Position numbers and translations under genes: made by a program
Shown: piece after piece, positions 32,942 through 43,153 of the stretch
Layout: every line of letters starts with the position of its first letter
Numbering within the stretch: the first letter of the stretch is position 1
DNA from: a virus
Lineage: Duplodnaviria; Caudoviricetes
DNA: 63,415 nt
IMG/VR virus record: IMGVR_UViG_3300025085_000016
Coordinates: 1-63,415 of that record
Reading direction: 5' to 3' (one strand)
Notes under the pieces: model-generated
What the model was told of the DNA's origin: nothing
The model's database searches: none
The model's input: the letters and a program-made list of their open reading frames with translations, nothing else

Positions 32942-35900
32942 CAGTTATTCTCCTGTGCTTGTTGCATTTCTCGGATTGCTTTTCGCTGCTTTGCTCTATC
33001 AGCCAACAACGCGCTTGCTTTCTTGAGGCTGTCTGCCATAGCCCTTTGCTCTGGATTAAGAGATTCTAACGCTTCTTCTGGTATATAGTCTCGCTCAAAG
33101 GTGCGACCACCAAGCTCGCTCATCAGCAGAGAAGAACGCTCCCTAAGAATTTGGTCTTGAGCCTGCGGACTTACCTTGCTCACTTTGAATCCAGTGAGCG
33201 TGTTCAACGCCTTGGTAGGCAGGCTCTTTCGCGTGTCTGTAATCTGCTTCGCTGTTGAAACAAACTTTGAGATTGGACTGTTAGACAGAACGCTTTCAAG
33301 AATCTTCGGCGTCCCAACAGGTTCATTGCTGTCACTGAACCCAAGCCCAGAAGCTACGTTATTAAGAGTCCTGCCAAGCGGCGGGTCCATATCGTCGAGA
33401 AGTCTTCCCCCTCTAGGATCTTCTTGGAAAAGACTCCTGTTAAACATTGTCTCTAACATAAACTTAGGAGCAGGATTCAACATCCCTCCTACCTCGAACA
33501 TAGGTTTCTGAATGCTTCCACTGGAAAGAACATTCGCTGTAGCATCAGCAAGAGGCAATACAGATTCGTGCATCAGGCCCAGACCTGTAATGAAGTTTCT
33601 TGATCCATCTTCATCAGCACCAAGAGGGACAGAAACTCCCTGAGCTATGTAGTCTGGCGTAGTTACATCATCACTCCTGCTTCTGTTAGCTGCTCGCAGC
33701 GTGTTCGATACCTTGCCTCCGGGCTTAGTGTATATCTCGTTGGCTAAGTATTTCGACATCCCTTTGCTAAAGGAATAGAAAGGAAACAGGCGACGAATAA
33801 CTGTCCGCTCTGCACTTGACAAGTCAGAGTAGTCAACATGAAGAAGCCTGATTCTCTTAGCTGCCTCAGCAGGATCGTAGCCCTGCTTGAGTAACGCGAT
33901 GAATCCTCCAAGACGATGCGAACCCTCAACCAAGTCTCCAGCTTGGCGACCTACCCTAGCGGGGCCAAACCTGTCAATGGAACCATCACCACCAGCTACC
34001 TTCCAAGGCTTAAAGGAATCAAACGAAGAAAGCCTCTTGTCTTTGGGAATCCTAACGTCAGCACTTTGCGAACCAGACTTCATGAAGGACATCATCTTCT
34101 CTCTGAGAGTGTTGCCCTCCTGCTTGATAGATCCGGGGATAGCTTCCTGAACTGCACCTCCTACTCCGTAGATCTCTCGGTGCTGCCCCGGAGAATCAAA
34201 CACTCCGTGCCTAAACGCGAGCTTCCTTAGCTCTCCTGTGGCTTCCTCTGCCGTCAAGGAACTTAAAGAAGGAATCGCTTCAAGACCCTCAATAGAATCG
34301 CCCACCATCACTGTGGCCGCGTCCTTGTAAGGTCTTAGGTACTTCCGCAAGCCGGGCTGAGTAGGGTCGAAGATGTCGTTCAGTGCATTCTGTATTGCAC
34401 CGCTAGTAAGGTTCCTGAAGTGGAATGACGGCCACACTGTGGTGACGTTGCTCTTGAACATGTTGGTATAGGAGTCATACCAATCGGCCATAGACTTAAA
34501 GGCATTGTCCTTAGTGAGTTCATTGCTTAACTGGTACACCCTTGTGACATCGGACATTACGTCTTCGTCCATGCGGAACTGAGCCAGCTTTTCTTTGATG
34601 TCAACTTGAGTTGACACTTCCATCTTGCTGTTTCCAGTACCGACAGTCATCTTCGCTGGTATCTTCTTGCCGCTAGAGTTTAGCGACTCCATCTTGCTTA
34701 CAAGCTCGTCTATCGAGTCATCTACTGTTCTTACCCTTCCCTCTGCGTCTTTGACCCCACTTCTTTCTAGGTCAGCAACAACAGCAAACCTTTCCTTCTC
34801 CAGCCTAGACCTAAGAACTAGACGCTCTGCTTCCATGAGATCATCAGTTCCGATCTCATCCTGCATTGCATTCAAAGCGCGAACGCTTGTGTACTTCATC
34901 TCATCTAGTGCATCCATCAGAGTGCGAGTCTTGTAGGATGTGTACTTCTGCTCACCCACAAGGTCGTCAAAGAATTGGTGCATCTCTGGACGCATCTTTC
35001 GCTCAATGTCAGAACCACGGATGACACCGCGATAAGTGCTGACAATAAAGTCCTTGAACTTATTCCACATTCCTTCCCAACCATCGTCTACCTGCTTGCC
35101 ACCGTCTCTGTTCCACTGCATGAACGCATCGGCAAACACTTCCTCTCCACTTCTTAGAGTCCCCGTTGCTGGGTCAGTAATTTGTGCAGTCCAGTTGCCG
35201 TTCTTAATGCCTAGCGTCCGCTCTACTCTGTCCAAGTAGGCTGGCTCTATCTGACGCAATGACATCCTTAGCAAGTGACCCATTTCGTGAACAAATGAAT
35301 GCTGATCTGCTTGCTTGTAAGCAACGATCAGGGTTTTGTACTGGCTCTTCATCCAGTCTTCTGGCAAATCAATATCTCCAGACCGAATCCCTTTGGGGTC
35401 TTTGACGGGAAACAGAATGGAAGCCTTCGCTCCACCGTTGACGGGTGTTCCTTGGTAGAACACGTTGTCAACAGCGTTAGCTCTGGTTACGTCATCGAAA
35501 AGAAACTCTGTTGTTTCGTAAGAGTATTTTTTTGCACTACTGTATTTGTCGGCGGGAAGCGCGTCGTTCATAATTTCTGCTGCCGCTTTCTTAGCATCCG
35601 ACATCACCTTAAAAGCGCCACGATGTTCTGCATCTACGAACACTTCAAAATAATCAAGTTCTAAATTCTCTTTGATCCATACTTTTTCAGGGCTGTTCAT
35701 AGTAACGGGCCTGAAATCAGACAGCGGAAGAACGCCAGCCATAAATACTTTCTCTTCTTCTCCGAACTGATTTTCATCCCACTGATACAAGTCTAGTTTA
35801 AGGTTGTCAGCGTCTACCCTTTCTGGAAACGCATGTCCTGTTGATGCAGAAAATTTCTGACCACCGCCAAGACCTCCCTCTTCGCGGCTCTTCTTGAAGT

Positions 35901-38900
35901 GTTTCTCAAGCTGTCCGATTGCATCCTTTTGGTGCATACCGATAGCATCAGGATCTCCACCAACAGCCTTGGCAATGTCTGACCCGTTAAGCACTGCGAT
36001 TCCGTCATAGCCCTGTTCTGATGCTAAGTGCGCCGCACTCTTCAACCCGTGAAGCTTCCATGTTGCTCTAGTAGGGATGAACGGCATCTCTGGCATACCA
36101 CCCGGACCTATTGACCCATCTGTGTATCTTCCTTTGCCTGTTTGATCGAGTATCCTTTTCTTGACAGTGCGTAAGTAACTAGCTGACGCCGCCGCAATTT
36201 CTCGAATTTCGGTGTTTGTGCTTTGAACACCCGCTTCCCTGCGCCGATCTAAGACAAGACCCAAGGCTTCGTCCAGCACTTCATCTTCCGAGTTCATAAG
36301 CCTTCGATTTTCCAAAATATCATCAAATGCGCTAGGTTCCTCGCCAAACTCATTTGTTTCTTTTCTGGTAATGTTAAGTAAACGGTTGACTGTGCCTTCT
36401 ACCTCCTCCTCGGTTAAACCCATCTTTATCAAATTTTTGTTCGCTGTCAAAAACTTCCGCTCATCCTGAATCATGTCCGACTGAAGCTCCTGAACCAAAA
36501 GAAACTTCTTTCCCTCGGTGCTTGTATAGTCGTTGAGGCGAAGGTGCATCAGTATGTCTCGCGAGAATGGACGCTCTGACTTCAGCGTTTCTTGGTTGAG
36601 GACATCGTCAATGCCTTGGTCGTCAAGAAAGTGTGCTGACTTAAAGAATCTGTCGCTTTCGAGAGGATTGTCGGGCGAAAAATAGTCTTCTTTTCCGAGC
36701 CTGATGAGTATCTCTGTGTAAGAAGACTTGTTCCCAGCATCAGTGGCATAGTCTGCATACTGCTGCCTTCCTGTTAATCCGAGATTGACTATCTGAACCT
36801 GAGGCTTGTTCTTTCTAATCAGGTCTCTTACTTCCCCAGCAGTGACTGCCTCGCCCCTCCCCTGTTTTTCAGCAATGAACCTGCTGACCCCAAGAACAGT
36901 GTCCTCATCTTTGTTTACGTTGGCAGGATTCGTCAGCCACTTCAACTGCTGCTGGTGCAATGGCTGATCGTCTGCCATGTCAAGCTGATCGAGGAAACGC
37001 CCTGCCCTTGTTGACATTGGTATGTCGATGTAGCCCTCAGCCAAGAATGCGTCTGTATAGAACTCTTCGTCAGCCATCTGATAAAACACAGATCGCTGAT
37101 CCACTCTTGAGCCGTAGTCCAATCCAGAAGAAGGGAAGCTGGACATCCAGTCTTGCAGATCATCAACCGCATGAGAGAACACCTGCGGCTCGCTACTTAT
37201 CAGTGACTCAAGGTCAGGGAACCCAGATCCTCTCAAGTAATTCTCGCCAGCAAGCCTCTGTGCTGTCTCAACTACGGCAACAGGACTCATGTAGTCCTCC
37301 ATGTACCTGCTTCCAAGAGTGAACCCGTCAACGTCTGACAACGGATTAGCAATAGAAGCGACAATGTCTGCCGACCCTCGGTTGCCTTGTGCAGCGAGAT
37401 CTTTCGCTGTACTCATCAGGATGTCATAGCCCTCTGCCGTGTTAAGTGCTACGCCCTCTGGAACCGAAACGCCAAGACCCTCAAGAGATTGCCTGATAGA
37501 AGAGTCTGAGGTTTGCGTTAGCGGGGTTATGTTCGCTGACCGGATCGACGCATCTTGCTGCCGAGCCGCCATGCGAATCGTGTCAAGGTAGTTGTTCTCA
37601 GCAAGAGCCAACTTTATTCGCTGCATCTGAGGTATGTCAGCATTGAAAAAATCTTCATACGACTGGTGGGGTTGCTTCAGCTCTTGCACCAAAGCTGCCA
37701 CATCCTGAGAAGGAGTCTGAAGAATAGAGTCATATCTGCCCAGCCCAACGTCTAGGTGTGTAGCCAGCAAGCTCATCTTTGCTGCACCAATTTGCCCGGC
37801 TGCTGCTGTGTAGTTGTAGATGTCTCTCCCTACAGGCTTGTCACTGCCTAGATCAACAGACTGGTCAAGCCTCCCCTTGTCTTTGTTGACAAAGGATTTC
37901 AACCCAGACCCGGCCTTGCCCTTGGGCTTTGCTGCTTCCCTTGCAGAAGCCGCCTTCTGAGCCTCCTCCACTTTCTTCTTAGCAGCCGCTTTAGCTTCTT
38001 CAGGAAGCTCACGCATCACACTTTCGGGGATGTAATCAGGATCAAACTCATCCAACTCAAACCCACTGCCTGCCAGTTCTTCACTGCTCGCTTCGTCCAG
38101 TCGTCGAGCCATCTCGTCTTCAAACAGCTCAGGCTCTGCCTCTCTCGCCATGTGTACTTCAGAGAAAGTAACCTCTTTCCCATTTACCTGCATGTCATCC
38201 CCAAGCGATCTTATGATTGCTTGGTCGTCCACAACCACCCGCTGGCTCAAGTCTTCTTCAGTCTGACTAAAGCCCCGCCTGAATGTTGATTCAAATGCGT
38301 CATTGGCCTCAAGAAGCTTCGGGTCAGTGAACAGCCCCATTGAGGCAGTGCCACCGCCTTCAGTTGAGTAAAGCTCTCTCTTGGCTTGTACTGGCTTCTT
38401 AGCGAGTTCTTTAGCGATTGGCTGGGGAACCTCTGTTCCTGTTCCGTCTGCGCGGCGTTTAACAGAGGGGATTCCGTCAAGCAGCTTTTCAAACCTACCG
38501 TTAATCCTGTCGTAGTTCTGATAAACAAAGCCAGCAATGTCTTCAGGGACTTCTGCGTACTTGTTTTCACGCAAGTTAGTTGCAGCTCTAGATAACCACT
38601 CTGGGGGATTTTCGTCCCTAAAAACATTCCTCGCGAGTGTCTTCGTCTGCGCGCTCATGCCTGCATCGCGAAGATAGAAGCCAGTCTTCCCCAGAGCCTT
38701 GTTGATCCATTGCTTATCTGCGGGTTGCAGTGACGCTCTCTTGTTTACCTCAGCAAGCTTCGCCTTAAATCTGTCGCTCTTTATAGTCGCTACGTCCTTG
38801 CCTCTATCAATCTCTCCCGCCAGAATTTTCTCTATTCTTTTGTTCAGGATGGGAAGCAAGTACGCCACTCCTTCTTGCTCTCCGCGTCTAGGAACAGAAT

Positions 38901-41900
38901 GTTCAAACCTGATTATTCCCTCGCCAAACAGATTGGCGTAATGCTGCTTCCTTGCAGCACTCCTGTAAGTTTCAGCAAGAGTCTCCAAGGTGGGCATGTT
39001 GACCCAGTTCATGTTAGCCTGCCTGTCATAACGGCCCTCTGCATCGTACTCCAGTCTGTACTCCGTGCCTTTGGGCCTGCGCTTCCGCTCAAACATCCTT
39101 TCAGTCTCAGCAACCTCTCGGTTTCTGTTGACGTTTGATTGATATTCTTTGTTCTCCTTTTCGGCCTTATTCTTTGCTCTTCTTGCTCTTGATTGAAGAT
39201 CTTTCTTTGCACCACGATCAATCTTCTCCTTCTCAGCCACATCCCTCATGTGTGTAATGGCTTTTTCTATGTCTCCCATGCTGTTGTAGGCTTCGTCTCC
39301 CAGCGTTTTCCGGTCAGGTGACAGCCGAATGTCAATTTTCATCTCCGTATACAACTGCCTAAGATCAGCGTAGATGTCGTCGCCTTGCAGAGCTTTTGCC
39401 TGCGTCCATATTCCGCTGTTTCTAAGGCTAGAAACTTCTTCCTCAGGGATATTGTCTAGGCCATGCTTGTCAATAAGGTCGAACACCTCTCTTGCGTACT
39501 GAGCTACGTTCGCAAACGATTCTTGAGCTTGTTGAGTGCTTCTGTTAGACGCAGCTCTTGGGTTGCCAACCGACCTTGCAAGACTCCTGTTGGACCGCTC
39601 CATCTTCTCAGCAAGCTCCTTGTCTGAATCCAACACAGAGCCAGCTAAAATATCCCTAGCCTTTTGATGCTGCCTCGTCATCTTGGTGGGGCTTTCTATG
39701 AGTTTTTTCGCGACACCTCTAGCTGCTTCCTCCCACTTGCTCCAGTTACCATCAAGCCTGTCTTTCATCTCTTTAGCAATGTCATTGCCGGTCCAATAAT
39801 TTTTTGACCGATGCGTCATAGGTACGCCAGCGTCCTGAGCCGCCGCTTTTAGAGCTTGAGTCTTGTTTATTTTCTTTTGGTTTGGCCCCTCTCTGTCTGG
39901 CACTCGCAAACTTCCGTTCTCATCTTTAACGAGCTTATTGCTAAGCACACTAGGGTATGGAGAACTATCCTTTGCACCCTTACCTGCCTTTTTCTTTTGA
40001 CCAGATGCACCGTCAACGACTCCGGCCTTCGCAGGCGACCCTGCCGACTCTGCTGCTTTTTGATTCTTAGCGAACCGCTCCCTAGCTTCCTTATAAAGCT
40101 GAGGATGTTCTGACATGAGAGCTTTGTTGATATAGCCAACAAGCATCCTGTCTTCTTTTGAACTTGATTTATTAAGCCTAGCAAGTGCTGGAGTTATTTT
40201 CTCTAAAGATTCTGACGTAGCGTTCTGGATGTCTTGCAAAAACTCAGTAACACTTGCTCTGTCAGAGTCAGATGCTTTGACAGCCTTGGATGCACCGTCA
40301 ACCACTCCGGCCTTCGCAGTCTTACTTTGTTGTGCAGGCTGACGCTTCGGAGACTTGCTACTTGTCGATGCCGATGCTGCCTTTTGCTTTCGAGCGAATC
40401 GCTCTTGAGCCTCTTGATAAAGGTGAGGACGTTGTGTCTGTAGAGCCTGCTTAATAATGCGAACAAGCTGAACGTCTTCTGCTGAAGTTGATTTGGAAAG
40501 TCTAGAAAGTGAAGGAGTCACATCTTCCAGAGCTTTTGACGTAGCGTTCTGGATGTCTTTCAGGAACTCAATAGCACTTGCTTTGTCAGCCTCAGATGCA
40601 CCGCCTTCCGTGAACCTTACCTTGGATTTCTCTGAAGCGGGGGTAGACTCAGGACGAGCAGCCTGTGAACCAGAGGGAGGAGTTCCTTCAGGTGGAGGCG
40701 ATCCTCCACCATCGCCATCAAAGTCAGTAGGATCGTCGGGATTCGGTTCGTCTGGGTTCGGCGGCTCTCTGCCACTTTCGTCAGACTTTCGACCAGCAGT
40801 AACTTCCTCAAACTCACGGTCAGGACTAAGGTTGTCGCCTACTCCTCCGGGGTTTGGCCGCAACCTTGGATCTGTCGTTGCGAATCCATCTAAACCTCGC
40901 TGATCTATGATGTCAACTTTGCGCAAGAATCTTAGGTTGTCGATGAATATGTCACCAGTTGAGTTCATCGCTCTATCAATAGCTTCGCCGTCACCGCCCT
41001 CGTCAAAGACAGCCTTAGCCCTGCCCCTTAGACGTTCAACCCCTTCGCCCATCGTGAGCTGAGATTGATTTCTCAAAAACTCTCGTAGCCCCCTCCCCTT
41101 TGCAGCAGCCTCATAGAGACTGTCCACGCTGCGCATTGCTGCTTCAGCAGGGTTCACACTGTAAAATCCATCACCGCGAAGTGGCATAGAAGGTGGTCGA
41201 GAAGTTACTTCATCAAATAATCCCTTGACATTTTCTTCCTTCATAGCCGATGTTTCATTGGCATACTTCGTCTTGAAGTTCTTGTAAATCTCTTCAGATT
41301 GCTCCTTCCACTGATCTGCTGTAAACCTTTCCTTTATGCCAGCAAACCCACCCATCTCTTCTGTTTCTCTTGAGATCCTCTGAAGAGAAGCAGTGCCACC
41401 GACAATGTTCCTGCGTGTGGGCGATCTTGGAATTGCAAACTCTGTTCTTGGATCGTTTGCTCTAGCACCGCGAGATCGCCTTGCTGCATTGCCAGTATCA
41501 AGCAAGAGGGGAATCCGGCTTGCGTATCCAGCAAATTCGTCTTGGTACTCAGCCAAGTCAATGCCTGTCCTCTGAGCAACAAGCAGGCTTTCTTTAAGTG
41601 TGCCTTTAACATCGTCAAGAGCGTCAAGCATTCCCGAAGCATCCATCTCCCTGAACAATTCGTCGTTCTGGATCAGGTCTTTCTTCCACGCAGCAAGCTT
41701 AGATGGGTCAGCGTAAGTTCTTTTTAATTCGTTCTTGCTCCCAGCCGTGTCGATGTTCAGATAATTCTGGTAAGCACCAACGTCTTTCGATCTCAGATCG
41801 GCTTCATTCTTGTAAAGACTCGAACTGGAGCTTCCGTCATCGAAAGTTTTTTCAATGTAAATAGAGCCATCGTTTTGCTTTTTGATTGTCTCTTTAATTC

Positions 41901-43134
41901 TAGGGACACCAATGTCCTCCATGTACTCATATGCCCGATCAGAAATGTCGTTGACTTTCTTGTTGGCTACAGCATCGTCGGTGTAGTTCAACATCCCTGA
42001 GTCAAGCATAGAAGCATTCGCATCATAAAGCTTTCCCCGTGCGGCAGCTTGTGCCTCAAGCAACGTGTTAGACAACTCAAGAGCTGCTTTCTGGGCTTCA
42101 GGGGTTTTTGCGTTCCTAACAGCTTTGCTGAAGATAGGAGCTGCTTTCATTATAGGAGAGAACTTGCCGAACCTCGTCGCCTCTCCCAGCTTGTCCATAG
42201 CTCTGGCGTAGGATCTCGCCTTGTCTCCGCGAAGGAAAGACATTTGCGTAGACTTCAGGCCGGGTAGCTGCCATGTAAAGTATGCGTCCTGAAGTGTTGC
42301 CTGACGCATCTTGTTTGCAGCATCAGCAGTAAACTCTTCTCCCATCTGTTTCGATAACTGCTCGTTTAGCTGGGCATCCTTAATTTTCTTGGAATACTTT
42401 GTACCTGACTTCACAACATCATCGGCACTGACAGTCAACGCAGCTTCACGTTTGCCCATCTTTCTGCCGGTCTTCTCGAAAGCCGCATCAGTAAGACGCT
42501 TGTTGAGAGCAAACATTGAGTCGTCAACAAGCCCAATCCTTCCGGCTGCTTTCATACCCGTCTTTCCGCCAGCCTTTAGACCAGCAGACAGACCTCCGCT
42601 CAGGTAAGTGAGAGGATCAAGCAAAACCTCAACACCAAGCCCACCAGCAAAGCGACCAATGCTGGTCAGCATCCCTCTATCTTCACTTGAGCCATCGTCA
42701 TACAGCCCATACTTCTCAAGAAGCTGCTCCCCAGTGGTCCTGTTCTCTGCGCTCGCTGGACTAAGTAGCTGGTCGAGAGGGTTCTCTAATGCAAAAACAT
42801 CCCTCACCATGCTGCCCGGCAAGTCTAGGACGTTAGCCAATCCACCAACTGCACCAAGGGCAGGCTGAGTAATCTTTGTAGCCGCCGATAAAACCGAACT
42901 GTCGGTTGGCTCTGGCATTGCCGGAACACCCTGCGCAGGTGCTTGCATTGCTGGCTGAACAGGTGCTTGAGGCTGAAGCCTGCTGTATGAACTTCCGAAT
43001 GGCTTGGGAGGTCTTGGCAACTGTGCGCCAGACACTCTCTGAAAAGACTGCCTGCGTTGCTGGTCGTCCTGTCTGTTACTAAGAGAGCCAGCCGCCCTTG
43101 CTCCGGGGAGGAGCAAATCGTAAGAAGAAACCAT
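32941..43134 (-). CDS. Giant internal virion / large polyvalent protein
   Basis: 3397 aa; zincin FVHEMGH...EEVFADAF, HF...MHLR...QELQSD...GYDGIA block, C-terminal DYSDLS..ER...RRLFPFY block. Confidence 0.7.
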   Translation of the reverse strand: MVSSYDLLLPGARAAGSLSNRQDDQQRRQSFQRVSGAQLPRPPKPFGSSYSRLQPQAPVQPAMQAPAQGVPAMPEPTDSSVLSAATKITQPALGAVGGLANVLDLPGSMVRDVFALENPLDQLLSPASAENRTTGEQLLEKYGLYDDGSSEDRGMLTSIGRFAGGLGVEVLLDPLTYLSGGLSAGLKAGGKTGMKAAGRIGLVDDSMFALNKRLTDAAFEKTGRKMGKREAALTVSADDVVKSGTKYSKKIKDAQLNEQLSKQMGEEFTADAANKMRQATLQDAYFTWQLPGLKSTQMSFLRGDKARSYARAMDKLGEATRFGKFSPIMKAAPIFSKAVRNAKTPEAQKAALELSNTLLEAQAAARGKLYDANASMLDSGMLNYTDDAVANKKVNDISDRAYEYMEDIGVPRIKETIKKQNDGSIYIEKTFDDGSSSSSLYKNEADLRSKDVGAYQNYLNIDTAGSKNELKRTYADPSKLAAWKKDLIQNDELFREMDASGMLDALDDVKGTLKESLLVAQRTGIDLAEYQDEFAGYASRIPLLLDTGNAARRSRGARANDPRTEFAIPRSPTRRNIVGGTASLQRISRETEEMGGFAGIKERFTADQWKEQSEEIYKNFKTKYANETSAMKEENVKGLFDEVTSRPPSMPLRGDGFYSVNPAEAAMRSVDSLYEAAAKGRGLREFLRNQSQLTMGEGVERLRGRAKAVFDEGGDGEAIDRAMNSTGDIFIDNLRFLRKVDIIDQRGLDGFATTDPRLRPNPGGVGDNLSPDREFEEVTAGRKSDESGREPPNPDEPNPDDPTDFDGDGGGSPPPEGTPPSGSQAARPESTPASEKSKVRFTEGGASEADKASAIEFLKDIQNATSKALEDVTPSLSRLSKSTSAEDVQLVRIIKQALQTQRPHLYQEAQERFARKQKAASASTSSKSPKRQPAQQSKTAKAGVVDGASKAVKASDSDRASVTEFLQDIQNATSESLEKITPALARLNKSSSKEDRMLVGYINKALMSEHPQLYKEARERFAKNQKAAESAGSPAKAGVVDGASGQKKKAGKGAKDSSPYPSVLSNKLVKDENGSLRVPDREGPNQKKINKTQALKAAAQDAGVPMTHRSKNYWTGNDIAKEMKDRLDGNWSKWEEAARGVAKKLIESPTKMTRQHQKARDILAGSVLDSDKELAEKMERSNRSLARSVGNPRAASNRSTQQAQESFANVAQYAREVFDLIDKHGLDNIPEEEVSSLRNSGIWTQAKALQGDDIYADLRQLYTEMKIDIRLSPDRKTLGDEAYNSMGDIEKAITHMRDVAEKEKIDRGAKKDLQSRARRAKNKAEKENKEYQSNVNRNREVAETERMFERKRRPKGTEYRLEYDAEGRYDRQANMNWVNMPTLETLAETYRSAARKQHYANLFGEGIIRFEHSVPRRGEQEGVAYLLPILNKRIEKILAGEIDRGKDVATIKSDRFKAKLAEVNKRASLQPADKQWINKALGKTGFYLRDAGMSAQTKTLARNVFRDENPPEWLSRAATNLRENKYAEVPEDIAGFVYQNYDRINGRFEKLLDGIPSVKRRADGTGTEVPQPIAKELAKKPVQAKRELYSTEGGGTASMGLFTDPKLLEANDAFESTFRRGFSQTEEDLSQRVVVDDQAIIRSLGDDMQVNGKEVTFSEVHMAREAEPELFEDEMARRLDEASSEELAGSGFELDEFDPDYIPESVMRELPEEAKAAAKKKVEEAQKAASAREAAKPKGKAGSGLKSFVNKDKGRLDQSVDLGSDKPVGRDIYNYTAAAGQIGAAKMSLLATHLDVGLGRYDSILQTPSQDVAALVQELKQPHQSYEDFFNADIPQMQRIKLALAENNYLDTIRMAARQQDASIRSANITPLTQTSDSSIRQSLEGLGVSVPEGVALNTAEGYDILMSTAKDLAAQGNRGSADIVASIANPLSDVDGFTLGSRYMEDYMSPVAVVETAQRLAGENYLRGSGFPDLESLISSEPQVFSHAVDDLQDWMSSFPSSGLDYGSRVDQRSVFYQMADEEFYTDAFLAEGYIDIPMSTRAGRFLDQLDMADDQPLHQQQLKWLTNPANVNKDEDTVLGVSRFIAEKQGRGEAVTAGEVRDLIRKNKPQVQIVNLGLTGRQQYADYATDAGNKSSYTEILIRLGKEDYFSPDNPLESDRFFKSAHFLDDQGIDDVLNQETLKSERPFSRDILMHLRLNDYTSTEGKKFLLVQELQSDMIQDERKFLTANKNLIKMGLTEEEVEGTVNRLLNITRKETNEFGEEPSAFDDILENRRLMNSEDEVLDEALGLVLDRRREAGVQSTNTEIREIAAASASYLRTVKKRILDQTGKGRYTDGSIGPGGMPEMPFIPTRATWKLHGLKSAAHLASEQGYDGIAVLNGSDIAKAVGGDPDAIGMHQKDAIGQLEKHFKKSREEGGLGGGQKFSASTGHAFPERVDADNLKLDLYQWDENQFGEEEKVFMAGVLPLSDFRPVTMNSPEKVWIKENLELDYFEVFVDAEHRGAFKVMSDAKKAAAEIMNDALPADKYSSAKKYSYETTEFLFDDVTRANAVDNVFYQGTPVNGGAKASILFPVKDPKGIRSGDIDLPEDWMKSQYKTLIVAYKQADQHSFVHEMGHLLRMSLRQIEPAYLDRVERTLGIKNGNWTAQITDPATGTLRSGEEVFADAFMQWNRDGGKQVDDGWEGMWNKFKDFIVSTYRGVIRGSDIERKMRPEMHQFFDDLVGEQKYTSYKTRTLMDALDEMKYTSVRALNAMQDEIGTDDLMEAERLVLRSRLEKERFAVVADLERSGVKDAEGRVRTVDDSIDELVSKMESLNSSGKKIPAKMTVGTGNSKMEVSTQVDIKEKLAQFRMDEDVMSDVTRVYQLSNELTKDNAFKSMADWYDSYTNMFKSNVTTVWPSFHFRNLTSGAIQNALNDIFDPTQPGLRKYLRPYKDAATVMVGDSIEGLEAIPSLSSLTAEEATGELRKLAFRHGVFDSPGQHREIYGVGGAVQEAIPGSIKQEGNTLREKMMSFMKSGSQSADVRIPKDKRLSSFDSFKPWKVAGGDGSIDRFGPARVGRQAGDLVEGSHRLGGFIALLKQGYDPAEAAKRIRLLHVDYSDLSSAERTVIRRLFPFYSFSKGMSKYLANEIYTKPGGKVSNTLRAANRSRSDDVTTPDYIAQGVSVPLGADEDGSRNFITGLGLMHESVLPLADATANVLSSGSIQKPMFEVGGMLNPAPKFMLETMFNRSLFQEDPRGGRLLDDMDPPLGRTLNNVASGLGFSDSNEPVGTPKILESVLSNSPISKFVSTAKQITDTRKSLPTKALNTLTGFKVSKVSPQAQDQILRERSSLLMSELGGRTFERDYIPEEALESLNPEQRAMADSLKKASALLADRAKQRKAIREMQQAQENN
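34599..34616. repeat. 18-bp inverted repeat TGTCAACTTGAGTTGACA, copy 4 (in CDS)
   Basis: Exact copy, encodes VSTQVDI. Confidence 0.95.
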
Positions 43135-43153
43135 ATTTAATCACTCTGATTGG

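Noticed and set aside
3929-34616. 18-bp palindrome as back-to-back sigma70 promoters (contains TTGACA on both strands)
   Set aside because: No -10 hexamer at the proper spacing in the copies checked, and the invariant spacer and intragenic locations fit a protein-binding site better
40708-40730. DFDGD in the 3397-aa protein, suggesting a virion RNA polymerase (size similar to N4 vRNAP)
   Set aside because: The motif lies in a Pro/Gly/Asp low-complexity linker (PDDPTDFDGDGGGSPPP), also appears in an unrelated Gly-rich ORF, and no T7/N4-type motif B is visible. Only a structure search could revive the idea.
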